A stretch of 64,000 nucleotides of DNA, taken from the IMG/VR virus record IMGVR_UViG_3300004481_000017, positions 3,924 through 67,923 of that record; one strand, written 5' to 3'. How positions within the stretch are numbered: position 1 is the stretch's first letter; each line of letters starts with the position of its first letter. Of the stretch, positions 17,545 to 26,367 are shown in pieces. The notes beneath the pieces were generated by a model. That model did not search any database. It was not told the DNA's origin and saw only the letters and a program-made list of their open reading frames with translations. The position numbers were made by a program, and so were the translations under genes. Source of the stretch: a virus (lineage: Duplodnaviria; Caudoviricetes).

Positions 17545-20500
17545 GTGGTTGCGGCTGTCGATGACCCGTACCAGAAGGGCGTCACTCGCTCCGAGCTGAC
17601 GCTTGGCAGGATTGGCCAAGCGTGGTCGATGCGTGGCAACGGCCGCAGGTTCGTGCGATCACTGAGCGGATTTCTGTCCTCGGGCGGGAGCCGCTACACC
17701 GAGCGGACGTACGCGTACGCCGTGCTCGGCTTCTGGGAATGGCTCGACTCGACGGGGCGCGGGCTCCCGACCCCAGACGAGCTGTCACGCCAAGACGCCG
17801 TGTCCTACGAGCGGTGGCTGCGCGAGTCCGGCGAGAACCTCATTCGCTACCGTTTGGCGGCCGACCCGGCCCGCGAGATGGATCTGGCGATCTACGATTT
17901 CGTCGTCGTGAACGATGGCACGCGGATCGACGACATCCGGGCAGCTCTTTTGTCGACCGGGCGGTTCTCGTACGCCGGTCGCCTGAACGTCGATGAGACG
18001 TGCAAGGGCGGCCTGCACCGCTATCTCGGCGCTATGGTCATCAACAAGGTCCTGCGCCGGGAGCCGACCATCACCGAGCTGCGGAGCATCCGAGAGTACC
18101 GAGACGTCATTCTGAGCGGCGACGTCACCAAGGTGTTTCGGTACTACCCCGAGAACGGTTTTCGCACCTCGGACGACCGCGTGTGCGGGAACGCGACCCG
18201 GATCGGCGTTCTCGGGGCGTTCTGGTCGTACATGGCTTCCCAGGGGGAAAACCTCCCAGGCTCGTCCGAGCCGCTCATCCGGTTCAACATCTGGGAGCCG
18301 GTGCTCAAGCGCGTCCGTGAGCAGGCGGCGAGTCACCAGGCCGAGCGCCGGATGTCGAAGACCCCGGAGGGGGATCTGTTTGCTCGGGTGCTCGCGACGA
18401 CCTACCGCTCATCGCACGGCGACCGAGCGCTCGAAGCGGCCGAGGCGGCCATCCGCGGCGAGGTGATCCCAAGCAGCCGGGGAAAGTTCGCGGACCTTCG
18501 GGACCGGGCCCTCTTGCTCGTCATGCTCCAGGCCGGCGGACCTCGGGCGAGCGAAGTGCAGCACATGCGCCGGGCTGACATCTCCGACGACTTGTCGACG
18601 CTAACCATCCGAGGCAAGCGGAACAAGATCCGCACGGTCCCGGTCCCGCCCGCGGCGGCTGACGCCATCGCCAGGATGACCGCCCGGATCGTGAGCGTCA
18701 TCGAGCGACGACGTGCCCAGGGCAAGAACGCGAGCCGCCTCGAAGAGCTGCTCTACGCCGAGGCGCCGCTCCTGCCGGCCATCCGGTACTGGGGCGCGAA
18801 CAGGGGCGCCGACTCGTCCTGCGGGCTTACCAGGGCCGGCATTGCCATGCGCCTGCGCCACTTGGCCCAGGAGGCCGGGCTCCAGCCAGGCAGCACCGAG
18901 TTTTCCCAGATGCACCCGCACGGCGTCCGTCGGCTATTCGCCCGCCAGCACATGGCCATGGGCACCCCCCTGAACGTCCTCCAGGCGCTCATGGGGCACG
19001 CCTCGGGCGCCACCACCTTGCGCTACGCCGAGGAGCGGAGCGTCGAGGCCCTGCGGACGGCCGCCTTCGGGGCGTCAAGGCCGACCGAGGAACGCCTAGG
19101 CTTGGTCCGGGGGCCAAGGGCGCCCGCTGCCGAGGTGGCCGCTCCTGAGCCTGCCAGGCGCCTCCCTGAGCCCACAGAGCCTTCCGTGGAGCGGGAGCGC
19201 CCCGTCAGGCAGCCCATGGCCGAGCCCCAGGTCGTGAAGGTCGTCCGTGAACAACCGAGACCGTCACGGCGAGCGGTGCCGAAGCTCGGACCACCGCCCG
19301 AGGCGTGCGTGGCCATATCACCTGTAGGTGCGTTGCGTACACTGTGCGAGGTGTACGAAACGGACTGGGGCGAGCGCGGCAACCGGACGAGGTTCAAGTA
19401 CGGCAAGGGGCTCGAAGAGCTGAAGGGCTCGTCCGAGACGGCTGTTGCGATCCAGATGGCGCCGGTCGAGCAGGTTGGCGCCGAGCTGGAGGTATTCGGG
19501 GAGTCGAAGCGTCTGGAGCACACCTACGCCGGCCGGGAGACGGGGCTCGTCTGGTGGTTGGGCACCATCGGCTACCTGCGGCCCGAGATGCCCGTCGCCT
19601 CGGTGCGGCAGATCGGGGAGCAGTGCGGACCCGAGACCCGGTCCGGGCTCTGCGATGCCCTGGTCGGCCTGTGGTCGGACTGGAATGACGACGACTCGAA
19701 GGGACCGACGGCAGCCGGCGCGCTCGGCATGTGGGTAGCGGAGTTCTTGGAGACGGCAGCGCAGATCGACCGGGAGATCACTTTGCGCGAGGGCTACTGG
19801 GTCGAGCACTCGTCGCCCATCGAGGAAACGGTGCTTGGCGGGACCAAGCGGGAGCCCGAGACCCGGATCGTGTTCCGCGAGCACGACGAAGCGCGCATCG
19901 TCGACTGGTTCAAAGAGGTCGGCTGGCAGTATCGGGTGAGCGTGGCTCGGCCGAAGGAAAGCGATCTGCAGATCAAATCATTCAGGACGACGAAGGTCAT
20001 CGACACGCCGCTGGAGGTGCCCGACTGGTACGGGCTCGAAGATCCGCTCGCAGCGATGAGCGCTTCGGAACGGGACGAGGCCATCGATCTGGTCTTGGCG
20101 CTCACACGTGGCGTGCTCGCCGACCGGACCCCGAGATGGGGTGCCATGAGCCGCAAGGCAGCAAGCGATCTCATCCAGGCCATGATGGCTTACGACCGAT
20201 CGCTCGATGATCTCGGCGAGCTGAAAAACAGAGTGCGCATGGCCGGTGCCACGGCCGACGACAAGCAGACGAAGGGCGTCGCCGATCAAAAGCGGATCGT
20301 GGCCGACCTTGGTGTCAGGGCGACGATGGCGTTCCGAGCGCTCGGGGCTCCGGCCGACTTCGACCTCGTCAAGCTCACGGTCCAGCGCGCTCGGGTGCAG
20401 CGAGCAGCCGTCAAGGGCCGGCAAAGGCGCTGGGCATTCCACCTCGACATGCTGCGGCAGGCATTTGGAGACGGGCCTGCCGACGACCCGTACGTCGCTC

Positions 20501-21108
20501 TCGCCGCCAGGCACTCGGACGATCCGCCGCTCGGGTCGACGACGTCAAGGGATCTGCTTGACCCGGATCCGGCCGCCGGGACCATCCGTCATCGGGCGGA
20601 GTTCAAGAAGCAGTGGGCCAAGGACCATGGAACGCACAGCGAGTGCGTGGCCAGGCGTCTCGCTCGACACATGTACGAGCTGTTCGTTGCGTCGAGCGGT
20701 CGGGGACCGTTTGCCCGACGTGACGTGCTCATCCGGTACGTGACGAGCATGTACTCCTACCGGGTGCCCTGCCCGGCTGCCATGGAGCGGGAGCTGCGTG
20801 CACTTTTGCGCTACGAGGACGTCAAGATCCCGATCTACGAAAAGTGGCGTGCGGCATTCGGGACCGCGGAGAAGCCGAAGCCAACGCCGAAGGAGCTTCC
20901 GGCCGGGGCGACGTACGAGCCAACGCTGGCCGAGCTGGAGGAAGAAGAAGAAGAAGAGTTGCGCTCCAAGGAGGTGAGGGAAATTTTCTCTGAATTGGAG
21001 GGTGTGTTCAACCAGAACCCCGGTTCCCTGCCTCGGAGCAAGGCGTCGAGCGCGCTACCTCACCCGTTGCTCACGCTCATGCTGCTCTTGCCGTTCATCC
21101 CGCCGTAG
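17545..21108 (+). CDS. Giant tyrosine recombinase/integrase fusion (1187 aa; start uncertain)
   Basis: RDRALL..GGPRASEV, RGKRNKIRTVP, HPHGVRR, LMGHAS..TTLRY (Tyr codon 19024-19026), then ~690 aa of unknown sequence. Confidence 0.9.
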   Translation: MVAAVDDPYQKGVTRSELTLGRIGQAWSMRGNGRRFVRSLSGFLSSGGSRYTERTYAYAVLGFWEWLDSTGRGLPTPDELSRQDAVSYERWLRESGENLIRYRLAADPAREMDLAIYDFVVVNDGTRIDDIRAALLSTGRFSYAGRLNVDETCKGGLHRYLGAMVINKVLRREPTITELRSIREYRDVILSGDVTKVFRYYPENGFRTSDDRVCGNATRIGVLGAFWSYMASQGENLPGSSEPLIRFNIWEPVLKRVREQAASHQAERRMSKTPEGDLFARVLATTYRSSHGDRALEAAEAAIRGEVIPSSRGKFADLRDRALLLVMLQAGGPRASEVQHMRRADISDDLSTLTIRGKRNKIRTVPVPPAAADAIARMTARIVSVIERRRAQGKNASRLEELLYAEAPLLPAIRYWGANRGADSSCGLTRAGIAMRLRHLAQEAGLQPGSTEFSQMHPHGVRRLFARQHMAMGTPLNVLQALMGHASGATTLRYAEERSVEALRTAAFGASRPTEERLGLVRGPRAPAAEVAAPEPARRLPEPTEPSVERERPVRQPMAEPQVVKVVREQPRPSRRAVPKLGPPPEACVAISPVGALRTLCEVYETDWGERGNRTRFKYGKGLEELKGSSETAVAIQMAPVEQVGAELEVFGESKRLEHTYAGRETGLVWWLGTIGYLRPEMPVASVRQIGEQCGPETRSGLCDALVGLWSDWNDDDSKGPTAAGALGMWVAEFLETAAQIDREITLREGYWVEHSSPIEETVLGGTKREPETRIVFREHDEARIVDWFKEVGWQYRVSVARPKESDLQIKSFRTTKVIDTPLEVPDWYGLEDPLAAMSASERDEAIDLVLALTRGVLADRTPRWGAMSRKAASDLIQAMMAYDRSLDDLGELKNRVRMAGATADDKQTKGVADQKRIVADLGVRATMAFRALGAPADFDLVKLTVQRARVQRAAVKGRQRRWAFHLDMLRQAFGDGPADDPYVALAARHSDDPPLGSTTSRDLLDPDPAAGTIRHRAEFKKQWAKDHGTHSECVARRLARHMYELFVASSGRGPFARRDVLIRYVTSMYSYRVPCPAAMERELRALLRYEDVKIPIYEKWRAAFGTAEKPKPTPKELPAGATYEPTLAELEEEEEEELRSKEVREIFSELEGVFNQNPGSLPRSKASSALPHPLLTLMLLLPFIPP

Positions 21109-21754
21109 GCTTCTGACGTTCGAGCGCGTAGTACGTTGCGAGACCGGCAGCGACGCACGCTCCGAGCCCCACGAGCAGTGGAACGGCAACGGAGGGCTCT
21201 TCCCTGGGCTCGGGGCCGGGGCCAGGCTGCGGCGTCGGCGGGAAGGAAGGCTCGTGCTTCATCCCGAGCCACTCGAAGAAGCTCGTCTCGCCGTCGGCTC
21301 CTGCCTTCAGGAAGGAAAAGTGGACGTGGTTGGTGTGAGGGTCATCGCCCGTGTACGGCTGCCAGTACGGGCGCCAAGCGTACCAGGACTGCCGGTTCCA
21401 AATCATGTAGGCGAGGCCGGCCCGCCGAAACATCGCGTACTCGTTCCCGTCCTGGTCTGGGGAGAGTAGCCACCCGATCAGCGAGTCGACTCGCTCGACG
21501 TCGTCTTGGTCGAATGCGCTGACCATCCAATCCCAAGCCCTTCCGGCGTGGTGCTGACTCGTTCCGCTATCTCCAGAGCAGGAACGTGTGATGCCTCCAA
21601 GCCCGCCGCCAAGAGCAGAAACGACCCAGTCGCGGAAAGATACAACACCTGGCTTTGGTGTCGGATCGCATGGGATCGGCTCGTTCCGCTGCGCCAGCGG
21701 CTCTGGCTCGCATCCCATCTCGGACGTCGATGGGATCACCGGGAGCGAAATCAT
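21095..21754 (-). CDS. Peptidoglycan metallopeptidase-like protein (M15/ARB-07466-like) with C-terminal TM anchor
   Basis: CDPTPKPG..F, SQHHAGRAWDW, YMIWNRQ.W, YTG.DPHTNHVHFS; Pro-rich linker and TM. Confidence 0.75.
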   Translation of the reverse strand: MISLPVIPSTSEMGCEPEPLAQRNEPIPCDPTPKPGVVSFRDWVVSALGGGLGGITRSCSGDSGTSQHHAGRAWDWMVSAFDQDDVERVDSLIGWLLSPDQDGNEYAMFRRAGLAYMIWNRQSWYAWRPYWQPYTGDDPHTNHVHFSFLKAGADGETSFFEWLGMKHEPSFPPTPQPGPGPEPREEPSVAVPLLVGLGACVAAGLATYYALERQKPTAG

Positions 21755-22005
21755 AGCTCGTCCTCTTCCGACCAGGGAGACATGACGTCGATGTCGAGGT
21801 CGTAGAAGGCATCCTGCAGGGCGATGTTCCGACGCTGCTCGTCGCGCAACCGCTCGACCTGTCGCTCCAGGAAGTCGTCGAGGGTCATCTGCCTGCTGAT
21901 CTCGTCCATCGTCGACTGCATTTCGACGACGGCGGGGTGCTTCGATGTGTCGCCGGTCGACTTGTGTCGGCCGTTGCCGTTGCCGTTGCCGTTACGAGGA
22001 GCCAT
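21751..22005 (-). CDS. Small coiled-coil protein with NGNGNG repeat (84 aa)
   Basis: ATGA-type overlaps on both sides; lies within the lysis cassette. Confidence 0.65.
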   Translation of the reverse strand: MAPRNGNGNGNGRHKSTGDTSKHPAVVEMQSTMDEISRQMTLDDFLERQVERLRDEQRRNIALQDAFYDLDIDVMSPWSEEDEL

Positions 22006-22315
22006 CGGAGCTTCCCTTCTTGGCGGGCAGCTTCGCGGCGATGCGTTCTAGCAGCATGTTCTGCTGCTGAAATGCGCCGATCTGGCTGCTCACCACGTCT
22101 ACAGCCTTGTGCACCTTCGCCTGAAGCTCAAGGGCCAGCGACGTGAATTTCTGAGCGTCTCTGACGCGCTGGGCCTGCTCGGTGCTCAGCTTGTCCTGCA
22201 GTGCCTTCCGCTCGACCGTGAATTGCTTGTCTTTCGCAACGATCCACACGACGAGCATCGCGCAAACTACGCCGAGTACGCCGTACTCCAGCAGTGCTTT
22301 TACGATGGGTTCCAC
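21992..22315 (-). CDS. BhlA/UviB-like holin
   Basis: LLEYGVLGVVCAMLVVWIV single TM followed by a coiled coil; upstream of a PG peptidase. Confidence 0.6.
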   Translation of the reverse strand: MEPIVKALLEYGVLGVVCAMLVVWIVAKDKQFTVERKALQDKLSTEQAQRVRDAQKFTSLALELQAKVHKAVDVVSSQIGAFQQQNMLLERIAAKLPAKKGSSDGSS

Positions 22316-22362
22316 ACTTCCATCGTAATCCGTCTAACCCGTGGGAAACAAGACGTTCCTGG

Positions 22363-22392
22363 TTGACGCTTCGTTGCGCAAGGTGCAACAAT
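22363..22392 (+). promoter_or_regulatory. Putative sigma70-type promoter with overlapping operator-like inverted repeat
   Basis: TTGACG (22363-68), N18, TGc-AACAAT (22387-92); GTTGC-N7-GCAAC at 22373-22389. Confidence 0.45.
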
Positions 22393-22594
22393 GCCGGCCG
22401 TGCACAAGACCGGACCAAAATGGCTTTCGAGCGAGATGACCAAGAGGGGGTGGTCGACTCGGAAAGCCGCCAAAGAGCTTGGTTGCTCGGCGGCGACCGT
22501 GTGCCGGTGGGTCAACGGGCTCGTCATGCCGAAGTCCGAGCACATCCGGGTCATGAGGGACAAGCTCAACATCCTGCCAGACGCCTGGTTCTAG
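22391..22594 (+). CDS. XRE/Cro-family HTH regulator
   Basis: WSTRKAAKELGCSAATVCRWVNG..MP; an alternative GTG start at 22400 is possible. Confidence 0.88.
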   Translation: MPAVHKTGPKWLSSEMTKRGWSTRKAAKELGCSAATVCRWVNGLVMPKSEHIRVMRDKLNILPDAWF

Positions 22595-22598
22595 CCGG

Positions 22599-24317
22599 AT
22601 GATCCAAGGAAGGGTCACCAAGGTCCGTCGCCGAGAAGACGGAAACTACGCCGTCACGATCGGGACGAACGGTCGCACCGTCGTCTGGATGCTGAGCGCC
22701 GAGCCACTACGCCTTGGCGAGCGGGTTCAGTTGACGCCGACGCACGTGAGCGAGATGCGCGTCGCGACCCAGAACACGCCTGGCAAGGTGCTCGTCGTGA
22801 GCGGTGGGGAGATCAAGGTGCTGGCCGAGCCGTTCGCTCGACGCATGGTCGCCCCCCGTTGGTACGAGGCGGTCGGCCAGGCTATGCGCCGGCCCCTGTT
22901 CGCCTACCAGCTCGAAGGGGCCGCCTGGCTGGCTTCCAGGCTCGCCCCTGGCGGGGGCGCCATCCTGGCCGATGAGCCTGGGCTCGGCAAGAGCGCTCAG
23001 GCTGTCGCAGCCGTCACGTCGATCGGAGCGTTCCCGTGCCTACTTGTTTGCCCGGCGACACTGAAGCAGGGCTGGGAAACGGAGCTTGCCTACTCGATCC
23101 GCGACTTGGTCGTGCGGCAGGTCGAGCACGAGCAGGGCGATCTTCCGCCGGCCCACGTGCTTGTCCTGAACTACGACTTGCTGCGTGCTCGGGAGAGCCA
23201 GCTTCTCTCGTACCGCTTCCGGTGCATGATCATGGACGAGGCACACGCGTTGAAGGAGCCCGTGCCAACGAAGAACCATCGGGCTGCCGTGGCCACGCGC
23301 CTTGCTGCGTCCATCCGGCGGGTCGCTCTCCTCACGGGCACGCCCATGCTCAACGTGCCAGAAGAGCTGTGGCGTCTGCTCCACATCGTAGATCCGGTGG
23401 AATGGCCGAGCTTCGCCGAGTTTCGCCAGCACTACTGCCTGGCGCCTCCTGGCGAGGAGGATACCACCGAGGAACAGCCGAAGGGTCCTGACGCACCACG
23501 CATCTACAACGTCGAGGATCTGCGGGTACGCCTCGATGTGGCCATGCTCCGACGTACGAAGTCCGAGCTGCTCAAGCAGCTGCCGCCCAAGCGACGCGTG
23601 TCGGTCGTCGTGGATCTCGAACCGGCCGACAAGGCTGAGTACCTGCTCGCCGAAAAGAGCGTGGTCGACTGGCTCGTCGGGCTCGGAGCTTCTAGCCTCG
23701 CCGAATCGGCGTCACGAGCCGAGGCCCTCGTGCGGCTCACGATGCTTCGGCACATCGCTGCGAGGGGCAAGCTTCGCAAGGCCGTGCCGACGTTCCTTGC
23801 CCAGTGGATCCGGCTACGCGGAAAGGAGCCCCTGCTCGTGTTCGCGTTCCACGTGGACGTCATCGCCGGCATCACGCGCATCTGCCGACGGCTCGGAGTC
23901 CAGACGAGCTGCCTGCACGGACAGCAGACCGCTGACAAGCGATCGGCCCAGGTTCTCGCGTTCCAGACAGGCCGATCGCAGGTGCTCGTGGCCCCACTAC
24001 GCTGCGGCGGGCTCGGGCTGAACCTTCAGCGCGCCTCGAACGTGCTCATCCTGGAACGGCTTTGGACGCCGTCGCTCATGGAGCAGGCCGAGGACCGCTG
24101 CCACCGGCTCGGGCAGACCCGAGAGGTCGTTGCGCACTACCTAGACGCTCGTCACACCGTGGACGAGCACGTCGCCGCCGTCAGCTCGCGCAAGCAAGAG
24201 CTGATTGATCGGATTGTGGACGACGTAGAGGAGTCTGCCGAAAACGAAGAGCAAATCGAGACGCTCCAGGCCGTCGCCGACCGCCTTCGGTCTTCTGGTT
24301 CGGCAAGCGCTGCGTGA
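22599..24317 (+). CDS. SNF2/SMARCAL1-like helicase
   Basis: LFAYQLEG, ILADEPGLGKS, DEAH, LTGTPMLN, LRRTK, GLGLNLQRA, QAEDRCHRLGQ. Confidence 0.93.
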   Translation: MIQGRVTKVRRREDGNYAVTIGTNGRTVVWMLSAEPLRLGERVQLTPTHVSEMRVATQNTPGKVLVVSGGEIKVLAEPFARRMVAPRWYEAVGQAMRRPLFAYQLEGAAWLASRLAPGGGAILADEPGLGKSAQAVAAVTSIGAFPCLLVCPATLKQGWETELAYSIRDLVVRQVEHEQGDLPPAHVLVLNYDLLRARESQLLSYRFRCMIMDEAHALKEPVPTKNHRAAVATRLAASIRRVALLTGTPMLNVPEELWRLLHIVDPVEWPSFAEFRQHYCLAPPGEEDTTEEQPKGPDAPRIYNVEDLRVRLDVAMLRRTKSELLKQLPPKRRVSVVVDLEPADKAEYLLAEKSVVDWLVGLGASSLAESASRAEALVRLTMLRHIAARGKLRKAVPTFLAQWIRLRGKEPLLVFAFHVDVIAGITRICRRLGVQTSCLHGQQTADKRSAQVLAFQTGRSQVLVAPLRCGGLGLNLQRASNVLILERLWTPSLMEQAEDRCHRLGQTREVVAHYLDARHTVDEHVAAVSSRKQELIDRIVDDVEESAENEEQIETLQAVADRLRSSGSASAA

Positions 24318-24498
24318 GCTTGTCGTTCGCACGCTGCGCAGCGGCCTGGTGCTGGGCCGTCCCACGAACGGCGTAGACGATGCCCGTCTCATCGACGACG
24401 CGCCACCCCCAGGGACGCCAGTGCGTCATGGCGGTTGCCGCCAGGATGTCGTCGGTTTCGTGTTTCAGCCGCCCCTTACCGTCGAGAACCTTGAACAT
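24181..24498 (-). CDS. Hypothetical protein; overlaps the SNF2 3' end convergently
   Basis: N-terminal ~65 aa look protein-like; C-terminus overlaps SNF2 by 137 nt. Confidence 0.4.
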   Translation of the reverse strand: MFKVLDGKGRLKHETDDILAATAMTHWRPWGWRVVDETGIVYAVRGTAQHQAAAQRANDKLTQRLPNQKTEGGRRRPGASRFALRFRQTPLRRPQSDQSALACAS

Positions 24499-24539
24499 TG
24501 CCCTGGGATGACATGCTACCCCGGGCTCTGGTCCGTTGG

Positions 24540-25274
24540 CTAGGACCCGCTCCCATGTTGCAGCTGGCGCGACTGTGACTCAAGACGCTGCCCCACGTTG
24601 ACCCGCCTGCCGCTCTGGCGTCCGTCGTTGTACGTGTCGAGGTAGACCATCGGCGTGCGCATCCGATGGTCCTTCGCGTCGCCGATGATCTTGTCCCGCA
24701 GAGCCGTCGACTCGTCGAGAAGGCTCGCAAGAACGATGGCGGCGCTCTGACCACGCGGATTCGGCTCGTGCTCTTCGGCAGCCTGTTTCTTGGCCTCTCG
24801 TAGCTGCTCGTGGACGCCAACCGCGAATCCGAGCAGCCAGTCGTTGCGGCGCTTCTGGACGTATCCCTTTGCTGCGCAAATCCGCTGGGACTCGACCAGG
24901 AGCCAGCTGTAGAGTGCTCGTGCTGCCTGCGTGTCGCCTTCGCGCCCGCACATGATGATGCTCACCTTGCGCTCGAAGAAGCCTGGACCGCGGGACGTGT
25001 TCGTGCGCAGCCAGAACGCCACCCCGAGATGCCCGCAAACGGCGCTGGCAAGCTCGGTGCGCCAGCGGCACATGCGGCCGAATGTTTCGAGCGGCTCGGC
25101 GTCGACCATGGCCGACGTCTGGGAGACGTCGTCCTCGATCGAGGCCAGGTCTAACTGGTGCTTGGTGAGAAGCTTGCCGAGTCCGAATGCTGCCGCCTTC
25201 GCTTCACCCTCAGTGGCGGCACGACGTTGCAACCGCAGCAGGTCACGGACCTTCTTGAGTACGGATTGGTCCAT
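24540..25274 (-). CDS. DUF2786-type protein
   Basis: VLKKVRDLLRL....TEGEAKAA....KLLTKHQL N-terminus; WLLGFAVGV near the C-terminus. Confidence 0.8.
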   Translation of the reverse strand: MDQSVLKKVRDLLRLQRRAATEGEAKAAAFGLGKLLTKHQLDLASIEDDVSQTSAMVDAEPLETFGRMCRWRTELASAVCGHLGVAFWLRTNTSRGPGFFERKVSIIMCGREGDTQAARALYSWLLVESQRICAAKGYVQKRRNDWLLGFAVGVHEQLREAKKQAAEEHEPNPRGQSAAIVLASLLDESTALRDKIIGDAKDHRMRTPMVYLDTYNDGRQSGRRVNVGQRLESQSRQLQHGSGS

Positions 25275-25281
25275 GGTGGAG

Positions 25282-25632
25282 CTAGTTCCAGGCGATGCGA
25301 CCGTAGATGAGCTTGCCGTCCTCGATGACTCGTGGGTTCACCACGATGGTAAGCCCGTGGCGCGCGGCAAACGAGATCATCATGTCGCCGCTCGCAACGG
25401 GCAGAAAAAGCATCCGGCCGACCTCGTGATCCGGGTGGACGAACCTGTAGATCACAACCATGTCCTCGCGGCGATGCCACGCTGGGAGAACGGTCCCAAG
25501 CGACGGGATGTTGAACACGAACAGCTCCCGTCGCCCGTCGACAAGCTCGTAGGAGCCTATGCCAAGGCTCGCGGGGTCCACGTCCATGACCATTCCGGTC
25601 AGTCGATCCGCTTCTTTCTTGTGCGTCTCCAT
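25282..25632 (-). CDS. Hypothetical protein
   Basis: ATG 25632 after GGTGAG; normal composition. Confidence 0.6.
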   Translation of the reverse strand: METHKKEADRLTGMVMDVDPASLGIGSYELVDGRRELFVFNIPSLGTVLPAWHRREDMVVIYRFVHPDHEVGRMLFLPVASGDMMISFAARHGLTIVVNPRVIEDGKLIYGRIAWN

Positions 25633-25853
25633 GCGCTCACCACCTGTTTCTGCGGCACACGTTTCGCTCGGCGAGCGATCCTTGTTGCCGTCGCCGTGAC
25701 TTCGGCCGTCACGAAGCAAGCTTGTCCACGGTACGTTTCTACGCGAGCCAGCTTACCGACCTGCCGGCCACACGAGTCGTTCCAGAAGAAGAAGTCGCCT
25801 GGTCTGGCTAGGCCGACTTCGATCTGCTCGTGCTCGACGCCACCGAACTTCAT
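25599..25853 (-). CDS. Hypothetical protein (84 aa)
   Basis: SH3-like beta pattern; operon context. Confidence 0.6.
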   Translation of the reverse strand: MKFGGVEHEQIEVGLARPGDFFFWNDSCGRQVGKLARVETYRGQACFVTAEVTATATRIARRAKRVPQKQVVSAWRRTRKKRID

Positions 25854-25875
25854 CGGGCTGCCTCTCGTCGTCGGA

Positions 25876-26364
25876 TCACAGAATGTCTTGGAAGTTGAAG
25901 TCGCGGGGGAGCGAGTCGTCGATGCCGACTTCAGGCCCGCCGCGCCCTACGCACTCGCTGTCGTAGACGTACGCGTAGCGCTGGACGGTTGCTTTGCGAC
26001 GCAGGAACGCGAGCCCAAGATCCGTCAAGCGAGCCTTGCCGCATCTGGTGCTACCGTCGCCACGGTCCTCGGCCCAGCGCTCGACAAGGCCCCAGTAGAC
26101 GAGCTTGCCCCAGTCGCCGCCCTGGCTCGCTGGGCCGCGGAGGTACGGCGTCAAGCGCAGGACGTTCGGCACGTCGCGCCACCCCGTTGGCTCCGCGCGA
26201 TTGGCGTCGTACATGGCGACCATCACGAGCGCCATGCTGCGGGTGATGCTGCGCCGGTAGACCTTCGCGAGCTGCCCGCAGCACGGGCAGGTGATGCCCT
26301 TCTTGCCCCAGCGACCGCTCTCGACGGCCGCTGCCGCGTCTCGGATCGTCGTGCTCTCGTCCAT
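25876..26364 (-). CDS. Zn-ribbon plus winged-helix phage protein
   Basis: CPCCGQLAKVYRRSI; DWGKLVYWGLVE; ARLTDLGLAFL. Confidence 0.8.
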   Translation of the reverse strand: MDESTTIRDAAAAVESGRWGKKGITCPCCGQLAKVYRRSITRSMALVMVAMYDANRAEPTGWRDVPNVLRLTPYLRGPASQGGDWGKLVYWGLVERWAEDRGDGSTRCGKARLTDLGLAFLRRKATVQRYAYVYDSECVGRGGPEVGIDDSLPRDFNFQDIL

Positions 26365-26367
26365 GGT

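Noticed and set aside
20938-20958. (GAA)n tract as a contingency locus
   Set aside because: In-frame triplet encoding poly-Glu; slippage would not shift the frame.
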